Assembly (NCBI RefSeq): GCF_006345805.1
Contig: NC_043000.1
Coordinates: 129,146,001 to 129,210,000, forward strand
Direction of reading: 5' to 3'
DNA from: Octopus sinensis
Taxonomy: Eukaryota
Length of the DNA stretch: 64,000 nucleotides
In this document: in pieces, positions 28,621-39,203 of the stretch
Layout: every line of letters starts with the position of its first letter
Position numbering within the stretch: the stretch's first letter is position 1
Program-made: the position numbers and the translations under genes
The notes under the pieces: generated by a model
Databases searched by the model: none
Seen by the model: only the letters and a program-made list of their open reading frames with translations
What the model was told of the DNA's origin: nothing

Positions 28621-29279
28621 ATATAAATTAAAGGAAAGACCACTAAGTGGATTCTTTATGGACGGTATGGAATTAACTGCTATTTTCATTTTCCTTTCAT
28701 TTCTCTTGCTCGCAAACATCTAGTGCTGCTAATTTTGAAAACACATTTTTCGTGGAGGACAATTTGGTGTCTATCTTCACCATACAAGGAATCCACTTAG
28801 TGGTCTTTCCTCTTATTTATGTATCTGAATATAATTTGCAGTCCTTGGACGTTTTTTACATCTCAATTTCTACACTTGGTATGCCGAAAAAGGCATTTTT
28901 TCCAAATACGCCAGCTAAACTAAGTTGTACTGTCTATTAGTCGTAAGACACCCGCTGTTTTTGTCCTGTTTTTACCATTATTGTTTTTGTATTTTATATT
29001 CGTGTGGCATCGTCCATTTTTCTGTCCCTGTTTCGTATACATTTGATCCTTTTTCCAAGAAATCTAATGCTCGTAGCTTAGTTTTTCCTTGGGGCTGGCC
29101 GGATCGGAGCGATCTCAAGATTAATCAGCCGAAATTGCTAGGATGATCCGGTGATTTGAAGGCTTTGAATGTCCGGTCCGTGTTTTTTGTATCGTCTTCT
29201 AAATGTTTTACGTTCTTGTCCCAGTTTGTATTTTTCTACATATAATATACATATATACATACATACATACATACACATA

Positions 29280-29495
29280 TATATCATGGGACTGTCGGTT
29301 ACAAGAGAAACAAGAAGAAAGAGTGGGAGAAAGTTGTGGTGAACAAGTACAGCAGTGTTCGCCCCCCCTCCCCTGCTGGAGCCTCAGGGAGATTTGGGTG
29401 TTTTCGCTCAATAAACACATATAACGCCTGGTCTGAGAATCAAAACCGCGATCCTACGACGAGTCCACTGCCCTAACCACTGGGCCATTGGCCTC
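29280..29495 (-). mobile_element. tRNA-headed SINE (family D-related)
   Basis: Minus strand GGAGGCCAATGGCCCAGTGGTTAGGGC A-box-like head and GGTTTTGATTC B-box-like motif. Confidence 0.65.
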
Positions 29496-30604
29496 CACAC
29501 ACACACACACTCCACGGTGTATGTGGTGGTGTGTGATTGAAAATACAAACAAAAGGAAAAGTACTCAATACCAAAGAAGAGTACAGTCACAAGTCAGTTT
29601 TCTGATTCTTCATTCACCAGAGAATAATTGTGAAACTTGGAATAACAACAGAGAGTAATCTCAACACCCTCAATGTATTTGTACATGCATAGGTGTGTTT
29701 ATAAAAATACATGTGTATCTATCTATATCTGTGTGTATAATATTAAGAAAAATGTCCATTTCCTTGGTTTTGTGTTTATGTTTTCGTTTCTCATTGTGTT
29801 TGACGTTTTTGGTGTCCTGTATCCATATATGCATGTATATATACATGTAGAGGAAGTACGTACATATATGTATGTATATATGCATGTTTTATTTATCTAT
29901 TAATTTATTATATTATATATATATATATATATATATTGGGGTGTATAGATAAAATATGCTTACACTCACACAAAAGGAGAAAGAAAGGTCATAAGTAAGA
30001 AAAATAGAACAAAACAGCAAAAAAATAAAAAATTTCAAGGGGAAAATGAATTAATAAACAAGAATATTGGTAGGTAGTGGAGGATGAAGATGGAATGGTT
30101 GATAGAATAAATATAGGTAAGAAAGGAAGGGTAGGATGGAAGATGAAATGAGAAGTGAAGTGATGGGAGATAAGATAGTGGTAAAGATGAGCTGTAGAGT
30201 TAATAAGTGTAAGGTGGTGATGGTAATGGTGGTGGTGGGACTGTCAAAAAGTTCATTAGGTGAAGGAGAAAAGAGAAAGAAAGCAGACATTAGGCAGAGG
30301 CAAATAATCTCTCTAACCTGATGATTGATCTAATACTTCGATAATTTTGAGTTCACACAGTATACACACACAGAGACACACCCACACATATGTACAAATA
30401 AGCATATAATAATAGATGCATGTATGGCTGTGTGATTAACAAGTTAGCTTTGGAACCATGTGGTTCAAGCCTTCCATTACCATATTTCTGATGAAATATA
30501 CATTGATTCGTTTCAATTAATTTTGAAAATGATAATTTAGTAAAACAGCTGCCATTATTAAGCTGGTGTATGGATCATAAATTAATGTTTCTAGATCACT
30601 TTAA

Positions 30605-31216
30605 CCCTTTTATTATCATACCTGTTGAAATACACTGCTTCTGTTTCAATTAATTTCGAAAATAACAAAAAAAAATTAATAAAATAATAGTTATAATTAA
30701 GTTGGCGTATGGATCATAAATTAACATCTTGGCATTGAAAGTTATCCCAACAGCAGAACGGGGCACCACTGCATGGTGCCAAAGATCCCAACATCACCAT
30801 CAAAATACAGGACCAGATACTGCAACAGCTTGGGTTTCAGGGGACCACAGCTCTTCAATAGCCTTCCTAAATGCCTGAGAGACCTGCATGGTGTGGATGT
30901 GGGTTTCTTTAAAACTAAACTGGAGCTCTTCTTGTCAGGTGTTCCAGTTGAACCTACCTCTCGGCAGGAAACACAGATGCGGGCAGTGGTGTTCAACTCC
31001 CTTGTTTACCAAGTGCCACATATCAGAGGTGGTTTCACATACTAGTAGAGCACATTCAATGGTGGTGCCCCAGCATGGCCACAGCTTTCGAGCTGAAACA
31101 TTTTTAAGGATTTAAGATAAAATTTTGATGGAAGATTTTTAATTTAGATCACTTTAAACCAGGAAGTTTGCGTTATAGAACCAAGGGTAGTGTCAGGTAG
31201 GTTGATATCAAAAGGG
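30605..31216. mobile_element. piggyBac-type MITE interrupted by a LINE fragment
   Basis: TTAA at 30601-30604 and 31217-31220; TIR CCCTTTTATTATCA / TGATATCAAAAGGG; related sequence at 39670-39860. Confidence 0.75.
30744..31100 (+). mobile_element. 5'-truncated CR1/L2-group LINE, ORF2 C-terminus and 3' tail
   Basis: NSLGFRGPQLFNSLPKCLRDLHGVDVGFFKTKLELFLSGVP, the LFNSLP...FK.KL..FL end motif of CR1-group RTs. Confidence 0.8.
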
Positions 31217-31258
31217 TTAAGGTTTGTTCTGTGTAGAGAAGGTTGGCTGGTGTCTTAC

Positions 31259-31375
31259 TATAACTGCAGGTTGACCTTTTTTGAATGAAATTTGGTTTTT
31301 CTCTTCTTTTGACATGTGCACATTAATTGTAAACGGGTCACCATCAGAGAAATAGTGACCTTTGTTTACAATCCT
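31259..31375 (-). CDS. Candidate coding exon F (RIVNKGHYFSDGDPFTINVHMSKEEKNQISFKKGQPAVI), phase 0 to 0
   Basis: Within ORF 31217-31405; acceptor acattcacag, donor ATA|gtaaga; protein-like composition. Confidence 0.5.
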
Positions 31376-31832
31376 CTGTGAATGTATGGCCATTGAGTTG
31401 CTCATTGTTTGAAGGATGGAAGGAAATATGTTGCTTAAAAACAGTTGAGGGTCAGTGAAAATCTACCACAAAAAGTTTCATCTGACCCATGCAAGCACAG
31501 AAAAGTGGACATCAAAACAACGAAGAAGACTATGACAAAGCATTGCATTTCCACAGAGTTTCCATCAACTAAATTTCACTCCCAAGTATAAATCAACTGA
31601 AAGTAGACTTCTGACTAAAGTGCCATGCAGTGGGATCAAACTGAGAACCACATGGTATGGAAGTGCACTTCTTCATCACCAAGCCGAGCCTGCTGCAAGG
31701 TATTTAATCCATAATTTCTACTATTCTGACTTTTCCAAGACTAATTATAGCCTTCAGTCTAATATCAAGAAAGAATTTGATGTATAAATTATTACTGTTG
31801 GAAAGTCCCAGATCAGGTCAAATCAAGCAAAC

Positions 31833-31915
31833 ATAATGGGTAGAGGAATTAGCTGAAAGACTGGGTGCAATCCAGATCTCTTCTAGATATACAATGCTTC
31901 TGTCCGGCTGAGGAC
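31833..31915 (-). CDS. Candidate coding exon E (PQPDRSIVYLEEIWIAPSLSANSSTHY), phase 1 to 0
   Basis: Acceptor ttcatccctgtcag; weak donor TAT|gtttgc; same frame as exon D. Confidence 0.3.
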
Positions 31916-31957
31916 CTGACAGGGATGAATCATGTGGAGTGCAGGTTCAACACTCAC

Positions 31958-32009
31958 AACATAATGTTAAGTTTCCACTGTCCAGTTCACTTCTATAGTC
32001 CTGTAGATT
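31958..32009 (-). CDS. Candidate coding exon D (NLQDYRSELDSGNLTLC), phase 0 to 1
   Basis: Very strong pyrimidine-rich acceptor ttctcaccttgtttaccttcaccag and donor gtgagt. Confidence 0.35.
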
Positions 32010-32556
32010 CTGGTGAAGGTAAACAAGGTGAGAATAGTAAAAAATCAAAAGGTGTCTACTTTCCAGCAAAGTGAAGCAGTATCAATTTAAGTACAGAGAA
32101 GTTAATATTATCCAAATAATGCACTGAAAATGATTGACTGGGGAGTTCATAAATAGAATACAGTAACACACACACACTATATATATATATATATATGTAT
32201 GCATGTGTGTGTGTGTTAAGAAAATTATGAGTTAGAGGTTATGTAACCTTCCAAGGGATAATAAATTAATCCATAGGCACAAGTGGTGTATTACTTCACT
32301 ATGTATATTCCTAGCTATAAGGTATACAGTAGCTGGTAATTTAAAGGTAAAACTGTGGTTTAATATATATAGAAAAGGAAAGAAATCATTCTGAAAATGT
32401 TTGTTAAATGGAATGAGATAAATGCAAATTTACTTTGATTTGATAAACAGAAACAGCTGTAAATGGTTCTGAACTACAATTAAACTATGACCTTTTAATA
32501 ACAATGATCAACATCTCATTGTTAATTATTGCTCCATTTCTTTTCTTCTCTCCCTC

Positions 32557-32584
<28 letters not shown>

Positions 32585-32588
<4 letters not shown>

Positions 32589-32872
32589 GATCAATGGAAC
32601 AGCTCGCTCATGAAATTAATGTACAAGTGGCTGAGCACTCCACAAACATGTATACACTTAACGTAGTGCTCGGGGAGACTCAGCATGACACAGAGTGTGA
32701 CAAGGCTGGCCCTTTGAAATACAGGTACTACTCATTTTTGCCAGCTGAGTGGACTGGAGCAACGTGAAATAAAGTGTCTTGCTCAAGGACACAACGCGCC
32801 GCCGGGAATTGAACTCACGACCTTACGATCATGAGCCAAATGCCCCTGACTACTAAGCCACGCACCTTCACA
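32585..32872 (-). mobile_element. SINE family D (tRNA head, TTTCACGTTGCTCCAGTCCACTCAGCTG body)
   Basis: Head GGTGCGTGGCTTAGTAGT...GAGTTCAATTCCC; related copies near 920-1150, 40180-40370, 53505-53660 and 63373-63620. Confidence 0.82.
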
Positions 32873-33489
32873 ATGAAAGAAATACCAGTAACAAACCAGA
32901 GTAAAAATTCTGTCAGCCACATTCCTTTCTTAGAAACAAAAATTTAACATTGTGGCTATGCCAAAATACTTCAACAATTTGAGATGAAATTTTTTCAGCA
33001 GAATACAAAGGTCACAATAGTTCATGTAACAGTAAAAGCAAATTAAAAAACTAAACAATGACAGTTTTGAATTTTAGTATAAGGCCAGGAAATTTGAAGG
33101 GAAGAAAGAGAGAAGTTGATGATATAGATCCCAGTATTATTTTTCAACCCTGAAAGGGTGAAAGGTAAAGTCAACCTAGTGGGGAATGTGAACTCGGAAA
33201 ATAAAGAGCCAGAGGAAATGTTGCAAAACATTCTGTCTGCCATCTTGCCACCCTAATAACAATAATAATTCTTTAATTAAGACGTAGTTGAGCGTTGCAA
33301 CACAATACACCATACCATGCAACAAACATCATATAAACACCAAACACACATCATGTATGCATGGTGTGTCTATGCATACATACATATACACCACACACAC
33401 ACAAACACATTGATAGGATGTTATAAATTAATTTTCATTTTAAATTTATATCTGAAGTGAGATAATACAAGGTTTTACACAGAACCATA

Positions 33490-33553
<64 letters not shown>

Positions 33554-34506
33554 ATCAATTCTACTAATGGGAAAAAGAAAATAGAGTCGGAAGCATTTCT
33601 TATGATGGAATCCCAGTTAAAACAAGCAAAAATGTCAAAAGACAACCAAGCCAATGTTTTGTCTTTTATTATACTATTCTTTAAGCTAAAAGGAAATATA
33701 AAAAATGGAGAATGAAGCATTAATCAAATTATCAATCACAATTAGGGAAAGATTGTTAAAAGAGATCTTTTAGAGCACTAATTTGCAGGAAATAAAAAAA
33801 CTGATTAGACCGTAATAAACTTTGGATTTTAAATGTATAAAGTTCAGTATATAGAACCACTTTAATTTTTGTGCTTGCTTTAATTATTATTTTAAATACA
33901 TTTCATGATTTTTTTTTAAAATCGCATTTACATTCATTAAATTTGTTTAATAGCACCTGCAAGCAATGAATTGCTGGGACCTAATGCTTCAGGTGTGTGT
34001 GTGTGTGTGTGTCTGCATGCATGTGTTTGTATATGCATTTGCATCCAGGCTTAGGTATGTGTTTGCATGCATGATTACAGATATATAAGCATGTATGCTT
34101 GCAAACTTTCATGTGTTTGCATACCTGTTTACACACCATGCTTACATTCATGTTCATGTGTGTTAGCATGCATGATCACATGCATGTTAGCATGTGAATT
34201 TGGATGCATGCTCTTCTGTTATGTTTATATACCTCTTCACATGTGTTTGCTGGTATGTTTATGCTTGTGGGTTAGTACATTTTCATGTGTATGTGTTTGT
34301 GCTGGCTTGTTCATGTATGTGTCCTTGCAACTTTAAGTGTGATTTTGTTTTGTTAATTTGATTTAGAAGAAAGAGGTGCTCCCATTATCCTTGCTGGCCT
34401 TACAATATCAGTGAGGCCAACACAGTTAATGTTCCTCTTGAACAGCTACCTAATAAAAGCTACAGGTAAATCAGGATCAGGGAGGGTGGAATTTCCAAGA
34501 TCCAAC

Positions 34507-34839
34507 CTTCTGGACAGGAAAAACTGTGTGTAGTGGTCGGTGCAGAGGTTCAGATGATGCGATAAGGGTAAACACATTTTGGCTGGTGAGAAATTGTGTG
34601 ACCCAGTGTGCCTGAGTGGCAGTGGTACCTGGCCATCCACCTCTGATAAGCTGAGACCACTGTAATAATGTCATTAAGTTAGATGGCCTTCTTTTCTTTG
34701 GATGCATGTTTGCATGTTCATACACCTCTGTTCGCACAATTTTATCTGGATGGTCATACACCATCAAATGTATTTGCATTAAATCACCAGTCTGAGAAGG
34801 CAGTGGATAGGCAGAGTTGGTAGTGTCAGACAACATGTT
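34507..34839 (-). CDS. Candidate coding exon C (NMLSDTT...HPKKRRPS...PLHTVFPVQK), phase 0 to 0
   Basis: Within the 119-aa non-repetitive ORF 34477-34836; acceptor catcacag with upstream ctaac branch-like motif; moderate donor AAG|gttgga; basic PKKRR motif. Confidence 0.45.
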
Positions 34840-35381
34840 CTGTGATGTATTTAGTTAGAAACAGTTATATGCATGTTCAATCATATTTAACATGTTCATA
34901 CACACATAGATAAGGTATAAAAATCTTTTGCTGCGGAAATAATCTTAATAAGAAATTTTTCTCATGGACAACGTATGTGAAAAACACATTGGGGTATGAA
35001 TGATGTCATCAGATCATAGGATGCATTTCTGTGAGGTTGCATACTGTCAGCTAACTTTCAAAACAGTATATGTTTTCATACATATTGTCTACGAAAAGAA
35101 TTTTCAAGTTAATTCCACTGTGACCAAGTTTAATTCTTGTCAGCAATTGTACAGTTTGCTATTGTTATATATAAGAATCATTCTTAAAGGGCTGTGAAGG
35201 AGGGATTCAGTATTTGTAGCTGATGACATGCAGTAATGCAGTAATGCATGCATCTCTTGATCTGATGATGTCATCCTTTGCATAATGTGTTTTTACACAT
35301 CTATGAGAAATTTCTCTATAGACAATTTCTACAATGAAAGGGTTTTTCATATCCAACAGTACACAAACATTTAATATGATA

Positions 35382-35918
35382 GGCATAGGTGTTGCTGTGT
35401 GATAAGAAGTTTGCTTCCAAGCCATATGGTTCCGAGTTCAATCTCACAGTGTGACACCTTGGGCAAATATCTTTTACTATAGCCCCAGGTTGACCAAAGC
35501 CTTGTGAGTGAAACTGGTAGACAGAAATTGAAAGAAGCCCGTTGTATGTGTGCGCGTGTGTGTGTTTGTTCCTCACTACCACTTGACAACCAGTGTTGGT
35601 GTGTTACTCAGCGATTCAGCAAAAGGGACCGATACCATAATTACCAGGATTTTTAAAATCAGCCTCGTCTGGCCCCCGTGCCGGTGGCACGTAAAAAGCA
35701 CCATCCGATTGTGGCCGTTTGCCAGCCTTGTCTGGCACCTGTGCAGGTGGCACGTAAAAAGCACAGAGTGGTTGGTGTTAGGAAGGGCATCCAGCTGTAG
35801 AAACACTGCCAGATCAGACCAGGCCTGGCGCAGCCTTCTGGCTTTCCAGACCCCAGATGAACCGTCCAACCCATGCTAGCATGGAAAACGGACGTTAAAC
35901 GATGATGATAATGATAAT
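35382..35918 (+). mobile_element. SINE family A fragment followed by a SINE family C fragment
   Basis: Family A head and body to about 35640, family C body and (GAT)n tail to 35918. Confidence 0.82.
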
Positions 35919-36070
35919 GAAGTACAGGGGTCAATTAAACAAGTAAAAGATGCATATATTTTATTCAATGCTCTTCATGCAACTCTTGTCAAAAAGCAAT
36001 TTATGTTTTGACTTCAAATACGCATTAAGTCAACTTTCATTCTTCCAAAGGACAATAAAATATAAAGTAC

Positions 36071-36097
36071 CTGATCACTATCCCTACTGCTTAGCTT
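36071..36097 (-). CDS. Candidate 27-nt micro-exon B (KLSSRDSDQ), phase 0 to 0
   Basis: Strong acceptor gtttttgtttcag and donor CAG|gtactt; phase fits neighbours, but short enough to be chance. Confidence 0.28.
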
Positions 36098-36779
36098 CTG
36101 AAACAAAAACATTTTCAAAATGGAATACAACAGATCTGGTTCATTCGTGCATTAGTGAAGGTTATAGAACTTGTGTCCTTCTATATGGCAATCTTTATCA
36201 GAGATGTTCTAACCATCAAAATACCATCTTTTTCAGAAATATTCCAAATGAAACCTTCTTGTCTTTTTTCTATCCCCAAATCATATGTCACTCTCTCCCG
36301 TTTTTTTTAAAAGGAGACCTTTTGATAATGTAGTTCATGGTACATTATGCCTGCAAAAATAAAAAATAGGGTGGTCATAGGTGGATTGTCTTTGATTATT
36401 GGTCTGCAAGATCAGAGCTTAGGCTAAACAACAATAATGAGTGACCAAGTATGGGTGCATACACGCATGTGTGCGCAAGTGTGCATACCTGTGTGTATGT
36501 GTGTGTACTGCTATTACTCAGCAAGCTGGAAATAGCAGCTACATACTTCATCTGTACAAATTTCATTGTTGAAATCCATAAAAATATCGACTGAAAAGCA
36601 GTCCACTATTTTATTAATAAAAACATATAAAATTAATGATGGAGTAGCTCTGGGTAGATTGCCTTTGAATACAGGCCTACAGGATCACAGCTAACCTGGG
36701 GCTAAAAACAACAATAACAACTAGCAACAAATTTACGTATGTGTCTGTACTATCATCTCCTGTTCTTCATCAATACATA

Positions 36780-37120
36780 GATATCATTGTTAAAATAGTC
36801 ATTAAAAAAATACTGAGAAACAATTTTTTCAGATTCAAAACTGAAGCATGGAATAAACTACCAGCATTAGTTATCAGAACACTGCATCCTTCTAAAACTC
36901 TATGCTTTCTGAAATTCGCCAACACTATTCGTGGTGTACCATTTCCTCTTTATGACTCTTTTGCTGTCCACTTCTGTCTCTTTGTGTTCTATTTCATGTA
37001 CTGTACATGTACTTCTAGCTATCATTGCTGTCTTTCTTTACTTGACTTATATGTTTGCTTTCTGTTTTCTCTTTCACCCTTTGCTGGTCAGTTGCGGTGC
37101 ACCTGAGCACTGTATACAAT
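36780..37120 (+). mobile_element. CR1/Jockey-group LINE 3' end fossil
   Basis: LRNNFFRFKTEAWNKLPALV resembles the FF..R....WN.LP..V terminal motif; followed by a UTR-like tract. Confidence 0.65.
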
Positions 37121-37133
37121 AAGCTTATTAAAA

Positions 37134-37703
37134 CTGGGTTGTCTGGAAAGTTTGTGCCGATTTTTAAAGGAAAGAAAAAGGTCAATAAATACTTGCCATT
37201 ACATTTTTAATCAACCAAATATGAGCCATTTTGTTGCACAATGTGTCTCCCTCTTTCCTTTAACATGAAAATACCCTCTGCCCAGAATTGAGGTGGTTTC
37301 ATGGCAAAGAATTCATCAAGCTATCTTTTTTTATGTCATCCAAGGAATTGAAATTTTTACCATTAAGACTATTCTGCAGAGACCTGAATAAGTGGAAATC
37401 CGAAGGAGCAATATCTGGTGAATATGGAGGGTGGGGTAACACATCCCAGCCGAGCTGCAGCAATTTTTGTCTGGTTCTCAAAGCATCAAGTGCCGAAAAT
37501 GAACTTTCTTATCTTCCATTTTAAAGGGTTACAGAATTAACACAGGTTATAGGAACATAAACCTTCTTCCATGAAAAGATGGCTTAAACTGTGCTCTAAA
37601 TGGAGGTGTAGTCAAATCCTATTTTATGGACTCAACCATGTTCTAAAATAAGTTGAAAGGTAAGGTACCATAAATAGGCATGAACTTTCTGGACAACCCA
37701 ATA
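37134..37703 (-). mobile_element. Internally deleted mariner (mellifera-like) with both TIRs
   Basis: TIRs TGGGTTGTC(C/T)(A/G)GAAAGTT; N-terminus MEDKKVHFRHLML (ATG at 37519) joined to RTRQKLLQLGWDVLPHPPYSPDIAPSDFHLFRSLQNSL. Confidence 0.93.
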
Positions 37704-38786
37704 CTAACCATTATAAACTAAACGCTTTATATTATAGCTGACTTGTGGCTAGATGTTTCAAATTTTTACACAAGGCCAGGAATTTTCGAGTGAGGGGGAA
37801 AAGTTAAAGACCTCCTCCATCGCAAGCTTAACTGGTACTTTATTTCATGAACCTCAAAAGTGGGGAAGATAAAGTCAACCCTGGTAGGATTTGAACTCAG
37901 AATGTAGAAAACCAGAAGAAATGCCACTAAGTATTTTGTCCAACATGCTAATGATTTTGCCAATTCATAAAAGTAACAGACTCATTTCAGTCATCAAGAA
38001 ATCCTTGTCAATAAGGAACCAAGGAACAGTCACTTGAGCCGCTAGAAATAACAGTCAAATCATTACTGAAATGTCTTTGATCATAGAGGTCTGCTGGATC
38101 AAGGACTACCAGGGGTTAAACACCAACAGCAAAAGACTAAAGTTCTCTTGATGAGGAGATTTATCTTCATTTCTAGCAAATGAAATGAAATGGAGGGTTT
38201 CTCGTTAGCTGAGGTACATTTGTCACTAGATATTAATATGGATTATTGGTTCCAAATTTTGGTGATTATATTGATTTCAGTGCCCAGCTGGTACTTATTA
38301 TAACAACCCCAAAAGGATGAGAAGCAAAGTCAACTACAGTGGAATATAAACTCAGAATGTAAAGACAGCTGAAATTTCACTAAGCATTTTGCCCAGAATG
38401 CTAATGATTCTACCCACACCTTTCTAATGTGGGTTATTAGTCCCAGACCAGCTCTGATTCAGTGGACCTATCAGTGAAGGTACACCACCCAATTTTATTA
38501 CGCTGAAATACATCTGCCGCAGTTTAATCAACATGTTTGGTTTTCAATATTTCTATGGATTAATTTAACAATGAAGAATAATTACTGTTAAAAACTTGCT
38601 AATGTGTGACATGCAGGAGCTAGGGTTTGAAAGAGACTGGACAGCCATGGTCAGAATGTTTGCTTTTTTTTTTGTTTTATTTTTGTTTGTAAAGACTGGA
38701 TGGTTATCGTACCATCGGAAGGATTAAAAAAATTTTTTTTAATATTTAGAGAATCTCATTTTTACACAGCTGAATTGCCATGCGTG

Positions 38787-39203
38787 GGTCTTTTCGGTTT
38801 GAACGGCAGTTTTTTAAAAATAATTTCCACGTAACTAAACACTTTTAAACTTCGTATACTGGTAGAATGTGTTTATGAAACATCTTTTTCTCTTGGCTTT
38901 ATTGAGAAAATTCTATAGTTTGTAAGATATTTGTTGTTTTTTTCCTTCAATTTCTGCAATTTCAACCAATCAATAACGTCTATTGAGGTGAAAACGTTCT
39001 GTGCTGTATGAATATGTCCCTCGTTTAAGAAACAGATTGGGTTTATTTACATTTCTGAAGAAAAAAAGATACCCTTCCCCCCACCCCTAACCCTAACCCT
39101 AAAACCGATTGAAATGCAATAGATCGATACTAGGGTCATAATTATGGGTGACAATTTCATATAACACCGCTAGAATAAACTGCTGTTCAAACCGAAAAGA
39201 TCC
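38787..39203 (+). mobile_element. GG(A)TC-terminal MITE (Merlin- or MULE-like), copy 1
   Basis: TIR GGTCTTTTCGGTTTGAACGGCAGTTT; perfect 9-bp TSD CCATGCGTG at 38778-38786 and 39204-39212. Confidence 0.9.

Noticed and set aside
27671-28719. Longest ORFs in the track (202-315 aa)
   Set aside because: Translations of the (TACA)/(TA) microsatellite, open in several frames on both strands.
34477-34836. Gypsy integrase reading of the 119-aa ORF (WPG...PLH...QKVG)
   Set aside because: The zinc-finger cysteines are absent and the spacing is off; a frame this intact is unlikely for so diverged a fossil. Treated as a candidate host exon.
35316-35380. C2H2 zinc-finger-like EKPFHCRNC
   Set aside because: Followed immediately by stops, with no His pair or repeat array.
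31887-36333. Competing plus-strand exons (31887-32018, about 34367-34465, and the 127-aa ORF 35950-36333)
   Set aside because: They have usable splice signals, but I could not build a reliable in-phase chain, the products are Cys/Tyr/Phe-rich like random AT-rich translation, and they overlap or flank the minus-strand candidates. Stranded RNA-seq would settle it.
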